Part shown: in pieces, positions 54,612-55,449 of the stretch
How the letters are laid out: every line of letters starts with the position of its first letter
Position numbering within the stretch: the first letter of the stretch is position 1
From: an uncultured delta proteobacterium
GTDB lineage: Bacteria > Desulfobacterota > WTBG01 > CAIYCZ01 > CAIRTM01
DNA: 55,449 bases
Direction: 5' to 3'
Assembly (NCBI GenBank): GCA_903911225.1
Contig: CAIWCT010000453.1
Span: 1 to 55,449, forward strand
The notes under the pieces: model-generated
Told to the model about the DNA's origin: nothing
Database searches by the model: none
What the model saw: the letters and a program-made list of their open reading frames with translations, nothing else
Position numbers and translations under genes: made by a program

Positions 54612-55449
54612 ATGCAACCAGGAATCAAAACCGTGACAAATGATCTTACATTCAATAATCTGATTGCACAAATCCGCCAGATCGATGAGCGCCTTACAGC
54701 GCAGGCGGGAAAAGCTGTTAATATAAGCCTCACTTTAAGAAATTGGTTTATTGGTCTCTATATAGCCATGTTTGAACTTAATGGCGCTGACCGCGCTGCC
54801 TATGGAGAGGCGCTTCTGGCAGAGTTGTCAAAGGCATTACGAAAGCACGCGGTCAGCAACTCGGGCCGCAGACAGCTCTACAACTATCTTCAATTTTATC
54901 GCACATATCCTCAAATTGTGCGGACCGTGTCGGCACAATTTAAACCCATGCTCCCCCAAGAGCTAAAACGCACAGCAAAAGTGCGGACAGCGTCCGCACA
55001 ATTAACGATCCCGCCGGAAAAACTTCTGGGCTGTCTTTCCTACAGCCATTTCGAATTGCTTGTCTCCGTTGAGGACGCTATGAAACGCACCTTCTACGAA
55101 TTAGAATGCATGCGCGGCAACTGGTCGGTGCGCGAGCTGAAACGCCAGATTGCCAGTCTCTATTGTGAGCGTACCGGACTCTCACGCAACAAGCAAAAAT
55201 TGACTGAACTAATCAGAAGCACCGCAGAACAGGCCGAACCCAGACTTGCCATCCGCGACCCCTATGTTTTTGAATTCCTGGGAATTAAATCGCGCGAAGT
55301 AATGGAAGAATCCGATCTTGAAGATTGCCTGCTGGACAAACTGCAGGAATTTCTGCTCGAACTGGGTCACGGGTTTTGCTTTGAGGCCCGTCAGAAACGC
55401 ATCCTGATCGGAGGACACCACGGATTTATTGATCTCGTTTTCTATCACC
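54612..55449 (+). CDS. DUF1016/YhcG family PD-(D/E)xK nuclease-domain protein, partial (runs off window)
   Basis: Manual translation: RNWFIG, RAAYGE, LSYSHF, WSVRELKRQI, IRDPYVFEFLG, FLLELGHGFCFEARQKR, IDLVFYH. Confidence 0.9.
   Translation, partial: MQPGIKTVTNDLTFNNLIAQIRQIDERLTAQAGKAVNISLTLRNWFIGLYIAMFELNGADRAAYGEALLAELSKALRKHAVSNSGRRQLYNYLQFYRTYPQIVRTVSAQFKPMLPQELKRTAKVRTASAQLTIPPEKLLGCLSYSHFELLVSVEDAMKRTFYELECMRGNWSVRELKRQIASLYCERTGLSRNKQKLTELIRSTAEQAEPRLAIRDPYVFEFLGIKSREVMEESDLEDCLLDKLQEFLLELGHGFCFEARQKRILIGGHHGFIDLVFYH

Noticed and set aside
1-55449. CRISPR array, tRNA, rRNA or prophage
   Set aside because: No regular repeat-spacer units, cloverleafs, rRNA signatures or phage structural genes were seen

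Overview
Anaerobic bacterial chromosome segment. Gene content is typical of Desulfobacterota/deltaproteobacteria (an inference). It is dominated by a ~46 kb same-strand molybdenum/metal-cofactor region (1948-47593). In order: a ModABC-type molybdate/tungstate transporter; a catalytically dead ISNCY/IS1202-like transposase coupled to it; a Moco-riboswitch-like leader; a three-subunit xanthine-dehydrogenase-family molybdenum hydroxylase; an 'orange protein' (ORP)-type cluster (OrpR-like sigma54 activator, four NifB/NifX proteins, Mrp, two MinD-ferredoxin ATPases, DUF5320, DUF134) interleaved with selenium-dependent Mo-hydroxylase maturation genes (two yqeB, yqeC, mocA, xdhC, coxD/coxE-like, NifU/NifS); a second OrpR-like activator with a candidate sigma54 anti-Shine-Dalgarno sRNA; and a TonB-dependent receptor plus type II ABC uptake operon with FmdE, DUF364 and a methyltransferase. 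hisC lies at the left end. The right end holds an AT-rich XRE-IrrE/PemK module, ogt, a WYL regulator and a truncated DUF1016 gene. No rRNA, tRNA or CRISPR array was seen. All family calls come from motif recognition by eye, not database searches.
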